Shown here: positions 38,945 through 49,097 of the stretch, piece by piece | Numbering within the stretch: position 1 is the stretch's first letter | Layout: each line of letters opens with the position of its first letter | Assembly (NCBI GenBank): GCA_963822445.1 | Contig: CAWGHO010000003.1 | Location: 64,001-128,000, forward strand | DNA length: 64,000 nucleotides | Source: an uncultured Acidobacteriota bacterium | GTDB taxonomy: Bacteria > Acidobacteriota > Thermoanaerobaculia > Gp7-AA8 | Direction of reading: 5' to 3' | Program-made: the position numbers and the translations under genes | The notes under the pieces: model-generated | What the model was told of the DNA's origin: nothing | Seen by the model: the letters and a program-made list of their open reading frames with translations, nothing else | Databases searched by the model: none

Positions 38945-39907
38945 TTACCAGTACTTCCACTCCGGAACGACGTGCTTTTCGAAGGAGAAGGGTGCGGCCG
39001 CGCCCGGTTGGACGGTTACCCGCACCCAGCCGACGTCCGGCGACCCCGGAACTTCCATGCGGGTCAGGTTGGGCGCCTTCGGGACGGGGTGGTCCACCTT
39101 GTACTCGTGCTCGTCACCGTGGACCACCAGGACGGGCTTCCCGAAGCGCGCGCTTTCCTCGGCGAGCGTGTCGAGGAACGGCTGGTAGGCCTTGAAGTAC
39201 TCGAGGTTGATGGGCAGGAAGGGGGGACGCGCGTGAAAGGCGATGACCACCGCCGATGCGTTTCCCGCATTGGCGAACGTCTCCCGGATCCACGCCGCGG
39301 CCGCCGCCGTTCGTTCCGTGGCCGCGAGGTCATCCTTGGCGGTGCGGCCGGGGAAGGGCTCGCGCGCGTTCCTGCTGCCGGGGACGTGCACTGTGGCGAA
39401 GATGACTCCCTGCTCCGACCAGCGGACGTTCTCGACATAGCCTGGCTGCCGGGTGAGTGCGATCCGCTTGACGGGATGCTGATAGAGGATCTGCCGCAGC
39501 TTCTCCAGACGTTCCAGAGGCACATACGCACCGACTTGTGGCTCCCAGCAATCGGTCCACTCGTTGTCGCCGGGCGTGTAGATGACCGGATGCCGCAGCG
39601 AGTCGAAGGAATCGCGGCTCTTGACGTACATCGCGTCGCTGCACGGCTTCCAGAAGATGTCGCCGACATGAATGACGGCGCTGAGATCGTGCGCGTCGAT
39701 GTGCCTGAGCAGCAGGCGATATTGCATCTCCTCGTGCCTGTAATAGGGCGCGTCGCCGAGGACGGCGAAGGAGAAGCTTCCCTCCGCTGTGGGCGTGGGT
39801 GCGCTCAGTCCATTGGCGCGGATCACCATAAAAAGAACGACGGCGGCGAGAAGGCCCGCCGCCGTCAGAAGTACTGTCCGCCTGCGCTTGGCGTCAGTCG
39901 ACATCAT
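38945..39907 (-). CDS. Calcineurin-like metallophosphoesterase, exported
   Basis: GDAPY, HVGD, PGDNEWTDC, VHGDEH. Confidence 0.88.
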   Translation of the reverse strand: MMSTDAKRRRTVLLTAAGLLAAVVLFMVIRANGLSAPTPTAEGSFSFAVLGDAPYYRHEEMQYRLLLRHIDAHDLSAVIHVGDIFWKPCSDAMYVKSRDSFDSLRHPVIYTPGDNEWTDCWEPQVGAYVPLERLEKLRQILYQHPVKRIALTRQPGYVENVRWSEQGVIFATVHVPGSRNAREPFPGRTAKDDLAATERTAAAAAWIRETFANAGNASAVVIAFHARPPFLPINLEYFKAYQPFLDTLAEESARFGKPVLVVHGDEHEYKVDHPVPKAPNLTRMEVPGSPDVGWVRVTVQPGAAAPFSFEKHVVPEWKYW

Positions 39908-42158
39908 CCGTCTGCATTGAATAGATGATCACGCGGGGCGCTCCCGGGGGGAGATAGTCGCCGCGTTTGAGCTCTTCCTTGAACCAGAAATCGAGGTTGC
40001 CCGTGCCGGTGATGAGGCCGCCGGCCAGCAGTGCACCATAGACGTCCATGTTGCCCTGGGTGTCGTAAGAGCCTTCGTTGTAAACGAGGCCGTCGATGGA
40101 GGCGGGAATGGTCACGGCCGCGCCGTATTCGTCGTGCGCGTTCGACGTGCACTGGTCGGGGATCTGGGTCTCATTCACGACACCCACGCCGGGGCAGGTG
40201 ATGCTTCCGGCCTTGTGGATCTGGGTCTGGGCATTGCCTGCCTGCCAGCCGACGAGGACGGAGCCCGTGCGGACGGTCGGATAGACCATGTTGAAGTACG
40301 GCTCGTGGGGCTCGGAACAATAGTTCGTGGCCGAGGGAGTGCCGTCATAGTCCGTCGGCGGTACGACGCAGTCGGCGGTGGCGACGGCGCCCAGATCGGG
40401 CTCGGCGTCGGCATGCCAGACCTTCGGAACGTATTGTGACGCGCGCGTCTGGTCTGCGCCCCCGTCGTTGTACGTGACGTTGATCGGGCCGCGAACGACG
40501 ACGTCGAAACGCCGGTTGCCGTTCAGGTCCTGGTAGCTGAACTTGTTGTCCGAAGCCCCCTCGTGGATCATCGCCCCGGTGGTGGCATCGACAGCCCAGT
40601 TGCCGTCGGCATCGACCCGTCTGTACCCGATGTCCCGGAACGGCTCGCCGGGCATCTTGTATTTGGCATTCGGCGCCGAGGTGCCCAGACCGGTGTGACG
40701 GAAATCGCCCGCATTGAGATAAACGAAGCCGCGCATCAGGAACGGATTGGCGACGTCACCGGAGCTCCACGCTATGTTCGGAGTCAGCGCCGGGCTGGGA
40801 TCGCCTTGAGGATTCGAACCGTCGCGCGTATCGAAGAAATAGAAGCCGCCGCCCAGGGCGGCACCGGCCACGGCATTTGACCAATAGCCGACCGTTCGGG
40901 CGGTGCCGACGCCATTGCGCTGGAAGGTGCCGTCGTTCGCCGCGGCGTACTTGAAGTAGTAAATCCCCTTCGTGCCCCGCCCCTGGATGGCGACCTTCTT
41001 CCAGAACGTGTAGTCGATCTTGGGGAAGACGATCTTTTTCTTGGTGGGATAGACGCTGGCGTCCTGGTCCTCGAAGTTGGCGTAGCGTGGATCTCCGATG
41101 TCTTCCTGATCGGTGCGGTCATAGGTCTCGACGGTATTCCCGACGTCATCGGCCGCGCGGAGACCGAACCAGGGATCCACATAGGTGCGTCCGATCACTT
41201 CACTGAGAAAGTTGAAGCCGTCGTAGTCGCTTCCGACCTGAATGGGCCAGACGTTGTCGTCATATCCGCGCTCGATGTGAACCATTTCGTACGGATTGGC
41301 CCAGGGGAGCGTGGACACGGTCTTCGTGTCGACGAGGTCATCTTCGGACTGCTCGACACCCCAGTGAATGTTCGACGATCCGCCGTAGTCGATGCTGCCT
41401 GTCGCGCTCTGCAGCGGTCCGCCGGGGACGGGGACTGGGAACTCGCCGACGATGATGCGCACGATTTTCGAGGTGGTGGCAACCCCGCCCACGAAACGCG
41501 AAGCGGTTGCAGCGATCGTGGCCACGCCAAAACGCGTTCCACCCCTCCAGAACTGGTTGCCCGTGCCGGGATCGGTGTACAGCGAGCCGCCGGAGATCGG
41601 CGGCGCATAAACGCGGATCGAGGTGATCCGCGGACTGGCCGTTGCGCTGTTGAACAGGAAAATGTTGATGTTGTCGATGATCGTCGATGCCGTCGTGGTG
41701 TCGACGATGACGTCGGCATTTCCTTCGACGCCATAGAAGCGGTCGTCGAACTGAGGCTTGTAGGGCTTGTCGAAGAGAACCGTTCCCGCCACCGACTTGT
41801 AGCGGCCGGAATAGTCGCCGGTGGTGGCGCCGAGCGTTCTCAATGTCTTCACCGCGTTGGTATTCTCGGGCATGATCGGCGCGCCATTACGCGTCCGCGT
41901 AGCCGATGGAACGACGTTGCCCCGCGACCAGGTCGGATCCTGAAACCATTCCATGGCCAGCTTCGCCCCCGCCTCGGCCGCGGCCTGCGACTGAATGCCG
42001 TAGGTCTCGTTGACGGCGATCGCGCTTTCAGTCTCGGAGATGGCGACGAATCCCAGGCCGAGCATCGACAGCCCGACCATGATCATCAGGCTCACCAGAA
42101 GGGCCGATCCCTCCTGCGGTTTCCTGTTTGCGCGTGAGCGTCTCATTGAGCGTTTCAT
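39894..42158 (-). CDS. Large PilX-like minor pilin
   Basis: EGSALLVSLMIMVGLSMLG...AAAEAG (PilX N-terminus without E5); ~754 aa. Confidence 0.8.
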   Translation of the reverse strand: MKRSMRRSRANRKPQEGSALLVSLMIMVGLSMLGLGFVAISETESAIAVNETYGIQSQAAAEAGAKLAMEWFQDPTWSRGNVVPSATRTRNGAPIMPENTNAVKTLRTLGATTGDYSGRYKSVAGTVLFDKPYKPQFDDRFYGVEGNADVIVDTTTASTIIDNINIFLFNSATASPRITSIRVYAPPISGGSLYTDPGTGNQFWRGGTRFGVATIAATASRFVGGVATTSKIVRIIVGEFPVPVPGGPLQSATGSIDYGGSSNIHWGVEQSEDDLVDTKTVSTLPWANPYEMVHIERGYDDNVWPIQVGSDYDGFNFLSEVIGRTYVDPWFGLRAADDVGNTVETYDRTDQEDIGDPRYANFEDQDASVYPTKKKIVFPKIDYTFWKKVAIQGRGTKGIYYFKYAAANDGTFQRNGVGTARTVGYWSNAVAGAALGGGFYFFDTRDGSNPQGDPSPALTPNIAWSSGDVANPFLMRGFVYLNAGDFRHTGLGTSAPNAKYKMPGEPFRDIGYRRVDADGNWAVDATTGAMIHEGASDNKFSYQDLNGNRRFDVVVRGPINVTYNDGGADQTRASQYVPKVWHADAEPDLGAVATADCVVPPTDYDGTPSATNYCSEPHEPYFNMVYPTVRTGSVLVGWQAGNAQTQIHKAGSITCPGVGVVNETQIPDQCTSNAHDEYGAAVTIPASIDGLVYNEGSYDTQGNMDVYGALLAGGLITGTGNLDFWFKEELKRGDYLPPGAPRVIIYSMQTDDVD

Positions 42159-42172
42159 GTTTTTCCTCACCA

Positions 42173-45100
42173 CTAATTGCACGAGACGGGATTGTTGGTT
42201 TCAGTGCCGATGATGTTGCAGATCTTGACCACGCCGGGCTCGCTGGCCAGCGTGTACTTCAGACACATCGAGGTGATGGGATTGTCCGTCGACACGACGC
42301 CGCAGCGGTCGCCGCGCCATTGGAACGTGATGGCGATCGGGTAAGCGGCATTGGTTCCGGAATTCAGCGCGAGAGTCTGCGCCGGGGAACTGGGCAGATC
42401 GATCGTGTGCGTCGTGCCGGCCAGACGAGTCGTAGTGTCTGCAATGGTTCCGCCGAATCTCACGGAGGTGACCTGGAAGCCATGGGCCGGACTGCCGGTC
42501 GAACAGGTGCTGGAGTTCTCGAACTGGAAGATCAGTCCGGTCAGGGTCATGTCCTCGAGACTCGACAGGTTCTTGATGTTCAGCGTGACCGTCTGGGTGA
42601 CGTCCTGCGGAGCCGGTGGCGTCTCGGCGCCCCAGGTCTCTGTCTCGATGGTCGGGTAGCAATCTGCCGGCGTCTGGTCCTTGACGTATTTCGTAATGGT
42701 CGGTGACTGGATGCAGCCCTGATCGTCCTTGACCGTCACTGCAACCGTGTAAACCGCGGTCGGGTCGTCGGTCTGATCGATCCAGGCGATCCGCCACGGC
42801 GCGGCGGTGAGGGTCGGGGACATGGCGGTGATGACTGCTCCGGCCGGGTCGGTCACCGTGAACTTGACCTCTCTGATCACTCGCGTGGCGTGGGACACCG
42901 TGATCAGGTCGCCGCCGGCGAGGACCCACTCGTTTCCGGGGTCACCGCTGCCGGTCAGCGCTCCCGTTGCCAGTACCTGCGTGTTGTCGAAGTAGCAGGT
43001 CGGGTACTGCACCTCGTCGGAGGCCTCGCCGGGTTGCGTGCAGTTCATGGCCTCGACGGTGTAGTAATAGAGGTAGTCGACGCCCGAGCTGTTCGACTTC
43101 ACCGGCGGCTGAGGAGTGGTCGCCGGGAGTCCTTCCGCGTCCGTGAACGTCTCGCCGTTGGTGAGTGCGCCGCTCATCAGATAGCCATCGGGCTGCGCGG
43201 CGTCGATCGGCCACGCTTCGCGGGTGCCGGTTACGCCGGCCTTCCGCCAGCGTTTGATGCGGTACTTGTCGACGGCAATCAGGCTCGTGTCCAGCGCGGC
43301 GGTCACCGCGGTCCAGTCCAGGTTGATCGAACATTTCCCGTTGCCGGGATTACACGAGCTGTTGGCCATGTCCACCGATAGTCCCGTGACCTTGTTCGGA
43401 ACTGCCGGCGCAGAGGGGCTGATCATGTACGGTCCGAAAGCGGCGGTGCCGACCGGCTGGACATAGCCGGGGTTCGTGGCGATGGCGATGTTGTTGCCTT
43501 CGTTCCACGTCGCGTTGGCGACGCAGGCGTCGCTGGTCTGGATTCTGTAGTAATAGTTGACACAGGCCGCAGGACCTTTCGTTCCGACGGGCTTGTTGGC
43601 GGCGTTGTCGATGATGGTGACCATCGCGCCCTGGTTACTCAGACCATCGACCACTTTTTCACCACTGGTCGCCGGATTGAAGTTCGGATCGGTGCTGCGC
43701 CAGACCGTGTAGAGAATCCGCTCGCCGGCCGGAATGGCCGTTCCATTCGTCGAGCCCGCACCCGTGCAGAGCAGATCGTCGAATGCGGTGGTGTTCGCAG
43801 TGGGACGCGGGAAGGAGAGCTGAATGCCCGTCTCTCCCGAAGCTCCAGTGACCCGAGCTGCTTCAGGCAGTCCCGGCTGGGTATTGTTGCGAACGGTCCT
43901 GGAAACGGGCGTGGACCATGACTGGCCTTCGGTGTTGAGCGCCTTCACTTTGAAGAAGTAGGTCTGTCCCGAAACGAGCCCGCCGCTGACGTCGACCTCG
44001 AGGTTGAGTGACGCGTCGACGCAACCGGAGTAAGTGCCGGTGAGATTCGTGTCGTAGCAGATCGAATACTTGTCGACGGCCCCGCCTGTGGTGGGAGCGG
44101 ACCAGGTAACGTGCGCCATGCCGCAATGACCGGTGCATACCGAGGTAATGGCGGCTGAGCCGGGAGGGCCGAGGTGAGGATCGGCGGATCCGGCATGGCC
44201 GAAGTTGCGGGGGACGACGAGCGTCTGCAGCGTGTACGTCCGGTTTCGGGTGCCTGCCTTGGTGCCCTCGTAGTATTTGTTCTGGGTCGTGCCGGTCAGT
44301 TCCACGAGGATCGAGCGGATGTCGCTGCGCATGCCCCGATCGACGAAATTGTCGGTCGTGCCGATATTGTCCGGATCGTATTGGCCGAGGCCGCCTACGG
44401 CACCGCGGCTCGTGCGCGTCGCCGTGACGCCGGTTTCAGTCACCGTGGCGAGGGTGGTCTGATTGGCGGTCGTGTAATACGTGAAGTACAGCGAATGAAT
44501 GTTGTCCGCGATTGGAACCGGCGTGCCGGGCGTGCCGTCGCGCTGGAGTGCGATGCGATAAAGAGTGTAGGGGGGATCGGAGCAGCCGTTCAGATCGTCG
44601 CAGAGGTCATAACCGGTGCCGGCGGCCGTGCCGCCGATGGTGACCAGACTCTCTTCCGTACCACCCGGATACGCGGCGCGAGGCCTGGCGACGTCGGCGT
44701 AGAACTTGATCTGTTGCACGTTGACGGCGTTGTTCGCCGACTTGAGCGCAAACGTCACGATCTCTTCATTGGCGGTGGTGACAGTGTCGAACTTGTTGGC
44801 AACCGTGGGGACGTAATCAGGCTCCAGTCCGTGGCTGTTGGCCACGTCGGTGAAATAATCGAGGTTGCCGCGAATGGTGATCGCGGACACGCCGGCGAAT
44901 TCGATCTGTTCGTCGGGCTGCTGTTCGCCGTCGGACGGCGAGCCGTCGCGGTCATAATCGAACCCGGCCATGCGCACTTCGCTGAGCAGCTTCTCGAAGG
45001 CAACGCGCGTGGACTGCTGCAGGTCGGAACTTGCAACGCCCTGGGTGAACATGCGGTTGCTGCGGTCGTACGCGACCAGCGCAGCGATCAGGATGATTGC

Positions 45101-45208
45101 GAAAATCGCCGACGCGAACAAAACCTCGGCGAGGCTCATGCCGGCCTGACGCCGGATCGCGGCGGCATTACGCGGTTGAAAATCGATGCGCATGGTCGTG
45201 GTCTCCAT
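42173..45208 (-). CDS. Giant PilW-like minor pilin with fibronectin type III domains
   Basis: AGMSLAEV...DLQQSTRVAFEKLLSEVRMAGF; FN3 motifs VTWSAP...LVSGQTYFFKVKALN; 1011 aa, Cys-rich. Confidence 0.82.
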   Translation of the reverse strand: METTTMRIDFQPRNAAAIRRQAGMSLAEVLFASAIFAIILIAALVAYDRSNRMFTQGVASSDLQQSTRVAFEKLLSEVRMAGFDYDRDGSPSDGEQQPDEQIEFAGVSAITIRGNLDYFTDVANSHGLEPDYVPTVANKFDTVTTANEEIVTFALKSANNAVNVQQIKFYADVARPRAAYPGGTEESLVTIGGTAAGTGYDLCDDLNGCSDPPYTLYRIALQRDGTPGTPVPIADNIHSLYFTYYTTANQTTLATVTETGVTATRTSRGAVGGLGQYDPDNIGTTDNFVDRGMRSDIRSILVELTGTTQNKYYEGTKAGTRNRTYTLQTLVVPRNFGHAGSADPHLGPPGSAAITSVCTGHCGMAHVTWSAPTTGGAVDKYSICYDTNLTGTYSGCVDASLNLEVDVSGGLVSGQTYFFKVKALNTEGQSWSTPVSRTVRNNTQPGLPEAARVTGASGETGIQLSFPRPTANTTAFDDLLCTGAGSTNGTAIPAGERILYTVWRSTDPNFNPATSGEKVVDGLSNQGAMVTIIDNAANKPVGTKGPAACVNYYYRIQTSDACVANATWNEGNNIAIATNPGYVQPVGTAAFGPYMISPSAPAVPNKVTGLSVDMANSSCNPGNGKCSINLDWTAVTAALDTSLIAVDKYRIKRWRKAGVTGTREAWPIDAAQPDGYLMSGALTNGETFTDAEGLPATTPQPPVKSNSSGVDYLYYYTVEAMNCTQPGEASDEVQYPTCYFDNTQVLATGALTGSGDPGNEWVLAGGDLITVSHATRVIREVKFTVTDPAGAVITAMSPTLTAAPWRIAWIDQTDDPTAVYTVAVTVKDDQGCIQSPTITKYVKDQTPADCYPTIETETWGAETPPAPQDVTQTVTLNIKNLSSLEDMTLTGLIFQFENSSTCSTGSPAHGFQVTSVRFGGTIADTTTRLAGTTHTIDLPSSPAQTLALNSGTNAAYPIAITFQWRGDRCGVVSTDNPITSMCLKYTLASEPGVVKICNIIGTETNNPVSCN

Positions 45209-45228
45209 TTGAAAACATCAGCGCCGCA

Positions 45229-45726
45229 TCAGCGGCGGGGCTTGGCGACGGTCAGGCTCACATTGCGCGCGCGGAGCTCTTCGCTCCAGCGGACGGTCAC
45301 CGTGAGCCGCAGGAAATTGGCGGTCGTGAATTCGCTGTTGGCCGTGAGATTGCCGACAGGCACCACGCGTAGAGTGACGCTTCCCTTGGACATCTGGCTC
45401 GTGGCAACGTACGAATCCCAGTTGTTGGCTACGGCGGGGGCGCCGGCATCGGTGTTCTTGATGTCGATGCAGCCACAGGCGTCGACGAAATCAGCGTCGA
45501 CGATCTCGAAATTTTCGAGCAGCTCGTCGCCGGTCATGTAAGAGAGATCTTCCAGGACGCGGACCGCCACGGCATTGGCGCGCGACATCTGCTGGCCGCT
45601 GTAGATGTTCCGCCGGCCCATGAAAAAGAGGGTCATGATCGCCAGCATGACCAGGCCCAGCATGGCCGTGGCGATGATGACCTCGATGAGGCTGTAGCCC
45701 CGTTCGTGCTTCGGTTGACGTGCCAT
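45229..45726 (-). CDS. PilV-like minor pilin
   Basis: RGYSLIEVIIA...LTVTVRW. Confidence 0.82.
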   Translation of the reverse strand: MARQPKHERGYSLIEVIIATAMLGLVMLAIMTLFFMGRRNIYSGQQMSRANAVAVRVLEDLSYMTGDELLENFEIVDADFVDACGCIDIKNTDAGAPAVANNWDSYVATSQMSKGSVTLRVVPVGNLTANSEFTTANFLRLTVTVRWSEELRARNVSLTVAKPRR

Positions 45727-45749
45727 TGTGATGTCGCTCAATTGCAGCC

Positions 45750-46304
45750 TCAGTAAGTCGACGTTTTGAAGTTTCCGGCGGGCCGGACCTCGATCTTGAA
45801 ACGAGGTTTCGGCATCGTGTGACGCGTTTTGAGGATGATGTTCTCTTCCGCGTCGGTGAGTGAGTACGCACTGCCGTCGGGCATGTACACGAGGTCGGGG
45901 AGTGCGTCAGCGTCGTCGGGAACCCGCGTGCTGACAGGCATCGCCGCGATGTCGACGAACGTGTGCGATTCGAACGTGATCCCGTCGGGTAGCTGCGTCA
46001 GGCGGTGCGTCTGGCCCCTCTCCCGGGAGTTCACCCAGACGTTGGCGGCAGTCAGCTCCGCCATGCTGTAGTTCCTCGAGCCGGCGCTGAAGCTGATCTT
46101 GGTGGGCCGTTGATTCTTGATGGCCTGCATCCGGATCCAGCGCGCGTCCGACGCGAACGTCCGCGCACCCGTGCGCAACTCGTTCGACCGGTACATCTGG
46201 AGGAAGTTCGGAATGGCCGCCAGCGTGAAGAGGCCGACGATGGCCACGACCACGATCATTTCGGCGGCCGTGTAGCCGAGCTGAGACTTTCCGCGGTGTT
46301 TCAT
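45750..46304 (-). CDS. FimT/FimU/GspH-like minor pilin
   Basis: LGYTAAEMIVVVAIVG...IPNF...DARWIRMQAIK...YMPDG. Confidence 0.85.
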   Translation of the reverse strand: MKHRGKSQLGYTAAEMIVVVAIVGLFTLAAIPNFLQMYRSNELRTGARTFASDARWIRMQAIKNQRPTKISFSAGSRNYSMAELTAANVWVNSRERGQTHRLTQLPDGITFESHTFVDIAAMPVSTRVPDDADALPDLVYMPDGSAYSLTDAEENIILKTRHTMPKPRFKIEVRPAGNFKTSTY

Positions 46305-46319
46305 TGGACGGCCCCTTTC

Positions 46320-46335
46320 TGCAGTCGAGGTGCCA
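46320..46335 (-). promoter_or_regulatory. Putative sigma54 promoter of the minor-pilin operon
   Basis: TGGCACCTCGACTGCA (GG-N10-GC) on the minus strand. Confidence 0.55.
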
Positions 46336-46435
46336 TGACTCTGGAATGTCGAGAAACGTCGATTGCGCAGCAGGTTAGCGCGATTCTGAGCCGGATCCAA
46401 ACAGCGACGCCTTCGTCGAAGTGATACAAAAAGTA

Positions 46436-48112
46436 TCAGTCGGTGTTCGGCGGCAGCTCGATCGTGACGGCCGCTCCCTCGCCCTGGCGTCCTCGCAAAG
46501 CGATCGAGCCGCCGTGGACGAGCACGATCTTGCGGGCGATGGCCAGCCCCAGGCCCATCCCCGATGGCTTGTCGGATTGAAAGGGAAGGAGCAGACGCGG
46601 GGCATCGCTCTCGTCGAGACCGATGCCGTTGTCTTCGACGGTCAGCGACGGATTCGGCTGATCGACCGACCGGATGGTGATCGAGCCCGCGTCCCCTTTC
46701 GCGCGGACCGCGTCGACGGCGTTGCGGATGATGTTCTCGACGACGCGCGTCAGCAGGACGGCGTCGCCGTTCACGAGCGCCGGACCACCTTCGAAACGGA
46801 ACTCGATCCCGGATTGGCCGTCATCGAGTCTGCGCACTACGTCGCGCGCCACGTCGGCCAGATCGAGGGGCTGCAGGGCGAGCTTGATCGGTCGCGCAAA
46901 GGCCAGCAACGCGTCCACGGCCTGCGACAGCACGCTCGCTTCCTCTTCCGCGCGGCGGATGCGCTCTTCGGCCTCACCGGTGCTGCCCCGCCGGATCAAC
47001 GCGAGGTAGCCGCGGATGGTCGAGAGGGAATTGCGGAACTCGTGTGCGATTCCCGCGGACATCTCGCCGATGTCGGCCAGTGTCTGGAGCTCACGCAGCC
47101 GCGATTCGAGGCGGCGCACGTCGGTGAGATCGGCGAAGAGCCCGAGCATGCCCAGATACTCATCGGCCTCGCCGAACAGATGCACCGTGGTCAGCCCGAC
47201 GACGCGTCGCGACCCGTCGAGCATTACCTCTTCACGAGCGCGAGACCCGCGAGTCTCGAAATCCCGCGACACCGCCTCGGCAAACGCGCCGGGGCCGAAG
47301 ACGTCGCGGACGCGCATGCCGGCCACGCGCTTGTCGCCGATCTCGAGGATGTCCCGTCCCGCGCTGTTCACCTCGACGACGTCGCCGTTGCGGTCGAGCA
47401 CGAGCAGCCCCGAGCTGAGGCTGCGGGTGAGCGTTCCCGTCACGACTTCCAGTTCGTCCGCGCGGCGCTTCTGGGCGTCGTGCAGGACGCGCAACTGTTC
47501 TTCCTGCTCGCGGAGACGGGCAATCGAAGAGCGGAAGGTCTCCACGACGAACTGGCTCTCTTCCAGCTGCCCGCGATCGCCTAGTGCGCGCGCGTCGTCG
47601 AGCATCTGCTCGATGGGCCTGGTGATGCGGGGGAGATACAGCAGCAGCAGCAGCACGCCGGCCAGCGCCGCGATCGAGCTCAGGGCCGCCGTCCACATGA
47701 AGCGCCGCTGCATGGCTGCGATCGGAGTCGAATCGAACCGGAAGTGCAGAGTGCCGCCGGGAACGACCCGGCGCAGCTCGTCGAGACCGGGACCGTCCGG
47801 GCCAGAGGTGACGGAGTCGCGGCCGCTCCGGAACTCGATGACGTCGATGCGGTACTTCACCCGCAGCGCGCCGAAGAGGGCGGACATGGCTTCGCGCGGC
47901 GGCGCTTCCCGCACGAAGGATTCCGTCGCCGCGGCCGTGGCGGCCATGCGCGCGTCCCAGATCGTCTGGATGGAATCGTCGACCGTCCGCTTGAGCAGCA
48001 GGATCAGCGCGAAGATCAGCGCGACGAGAAAACCGACCAGCAGGGCGAGAAACAGCCGCACGTCGCGGCGGAACCCGACCTTCGTCAGCCCAGAAGAAGC
48101 GCCAGATACCAT
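46436..48112 (-). CDS. Membrane sensor histidine kinase with PAS domain (PilS/NtrB-like)
   Basis: 2 TM, HAMP-like, PAS, AHEFRN, NIIRNA, DNGIG, GMGLGL. Confidence 0.92.
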   Translation of the reverse strand: MVSGASSGLTKVGFRRDVRLFLALLVGFLVALIFALILLLKRTVDDSIQTIWDARMAATAAATESFVREAPPREAMSALFGALRVKYRIDVIEFRSGRDSVTSGPDGPGLDELRRVVPGGTLHFRFDSTPIAAMQRRFMWTAALSSIAALAGVLLLLLYLPRITRPIEQMLDDARALGDRGQLEESQFVVETFRSSIARLREQEEQLRVLHDAQKRRADELEVVTGTLTRSLSSGLLVLDRNGDVVEVNSAGRDILEIGDKRVAGMRVRDVFGPGAFAEAVSRDFETRGSRAREEVMLDGSRRVVGLTTVHLFGEADEYLGMLGLFADLTDVRRLESRLRELQTLADIGEMSAGIAHEFRNSLSTIRGYLALIRRGSTGEAEERIRRAEEEASVLSQAVDALLAFARPIKLALQPLDLADVARDVVRRLDDGQSGIEFRFEGGPALVNGDAVLLTRVVENIIRNAVDAVRAKGDAGSITIRSVDQPNPSLTVEDNGIGLDESDAPRLLLPFQSDKPSGMGLGLAIARKIVLVHGGSIALRGRQGEGAAVTIELPPNTD

Positions 48113-48886
48113 CGCCAGAGTGTAGGTCCGAAGAAGAGAACGATCAGAAATGCGAGCCCGAGGAAGACGCCGAAGGGAACGGCGACTTTCATCCCCTGAT
48201 CGCTCCTGAGCGCCAGCACGAGGCCGGTGATGGCACCCGTCACCGACGCGATGACCAGAAGCGGAAAGAGCGGCTCCCATCCCACCACCGCGCCGAGCAT
48301 GGCCATCATCTTCACGTCGCCGAGGCCCATGCCTTCGATCTTGCGCACGAGCTTGTAGCTGAGGCCGATGGCGAGGAGAACGCCGGCGCCGATGACCGCT
48401 CCGATGACGGAATCGAGGAGCGTCGCGGAGAGGAGCAGCTCCGGATAGAGCGCGCCGAGGTTCAACCAGCCGACGAGAAGGCCGATGGCGATGCCGGGGA
48501 TGTCGATGACGTCGGGGAGGATCTGGATCTCGAGGTCGATGTAGATCAGCACGATGGCCATCGACACGAGGGCCGCGACGGCGAGGAATCCGGCGCTGAG
48601 GCCCGTGCGCTGGATAAACCGCGAGCCAGAACAGCGCGTTCGCCAGCTCGACCAGCGGATAGCGCGGGCTGATGGGGACGCGGCAGGCCCGGCAGCGGCC
48701 GAGGAGCCATAGATAAGAGAGGATGGGGACGTTGTCGTACGGCTTGATCTGCGTGCGGCAGTTCGGGCAACTGCTCGGCGGAAAGACGATCGATTCCTCG
48801 CGCGGATAGCGATGGATGACGACGTTGAGAAAACTGCCGACGATCCCGCCGAACCCGAATGCCGCCAGCGGCAGGACCCACGTCAT
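48085..48886 (-). CDS. pilD: Prepilin peptidase (A24), frameshift at ~48615
   Basis: GSFLNVVIHR..SSCPNC..DNVPILSY..GRCRAC; second frame YID...GMGLGDVKM...VPFGVFL. Confidence 0.93.
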
Positions 48887-48947
48887 CGCCGGGATTGTAA
48901 GTTCAACGCCCGCGGTTATGCTGCGGCGCTCCTGCTCACGCGAACGG

Positions 48948-49045
48948 GGAGGCGAATGGGGTCTGGTGGCTCCCGCGGTCTTCAAAACCGTTGTTTCGGC
49001 GCGGAAGCGTCGAAAGGTTGGTTCGATTCCGACACGCCTCCGCCA
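48948..49045 (+). tRNA. selC: tRNA-Sec (anticodon UCA)
   Basis: GGAGGCG/CGCCTCC acceptor, 6-bp D stem with 4-nt loop, loop CTTCAAA, 9-bp variable arm, GTTGG-TTCGATT-CCGAC, G discriminator, encoded CCA. Confidence 0.95.
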
Positions 49046-49097
49046 TCCGACGGGCTTCGCCCGCGGGTGGCGGATGGGATGCCGTGGGCTCTGTTTG

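Noticed and set aside
16148-48886. Apparent pseudogenes or programmed frameshifts in SPFH, M16 peptidase, gspG, the 33.2-33.9 kb gene and pilD
   Set aside because: Single-base indels with otherwise intact sequence and no in-frame stops, spread over unrelated genes; best explained by long-read errors.
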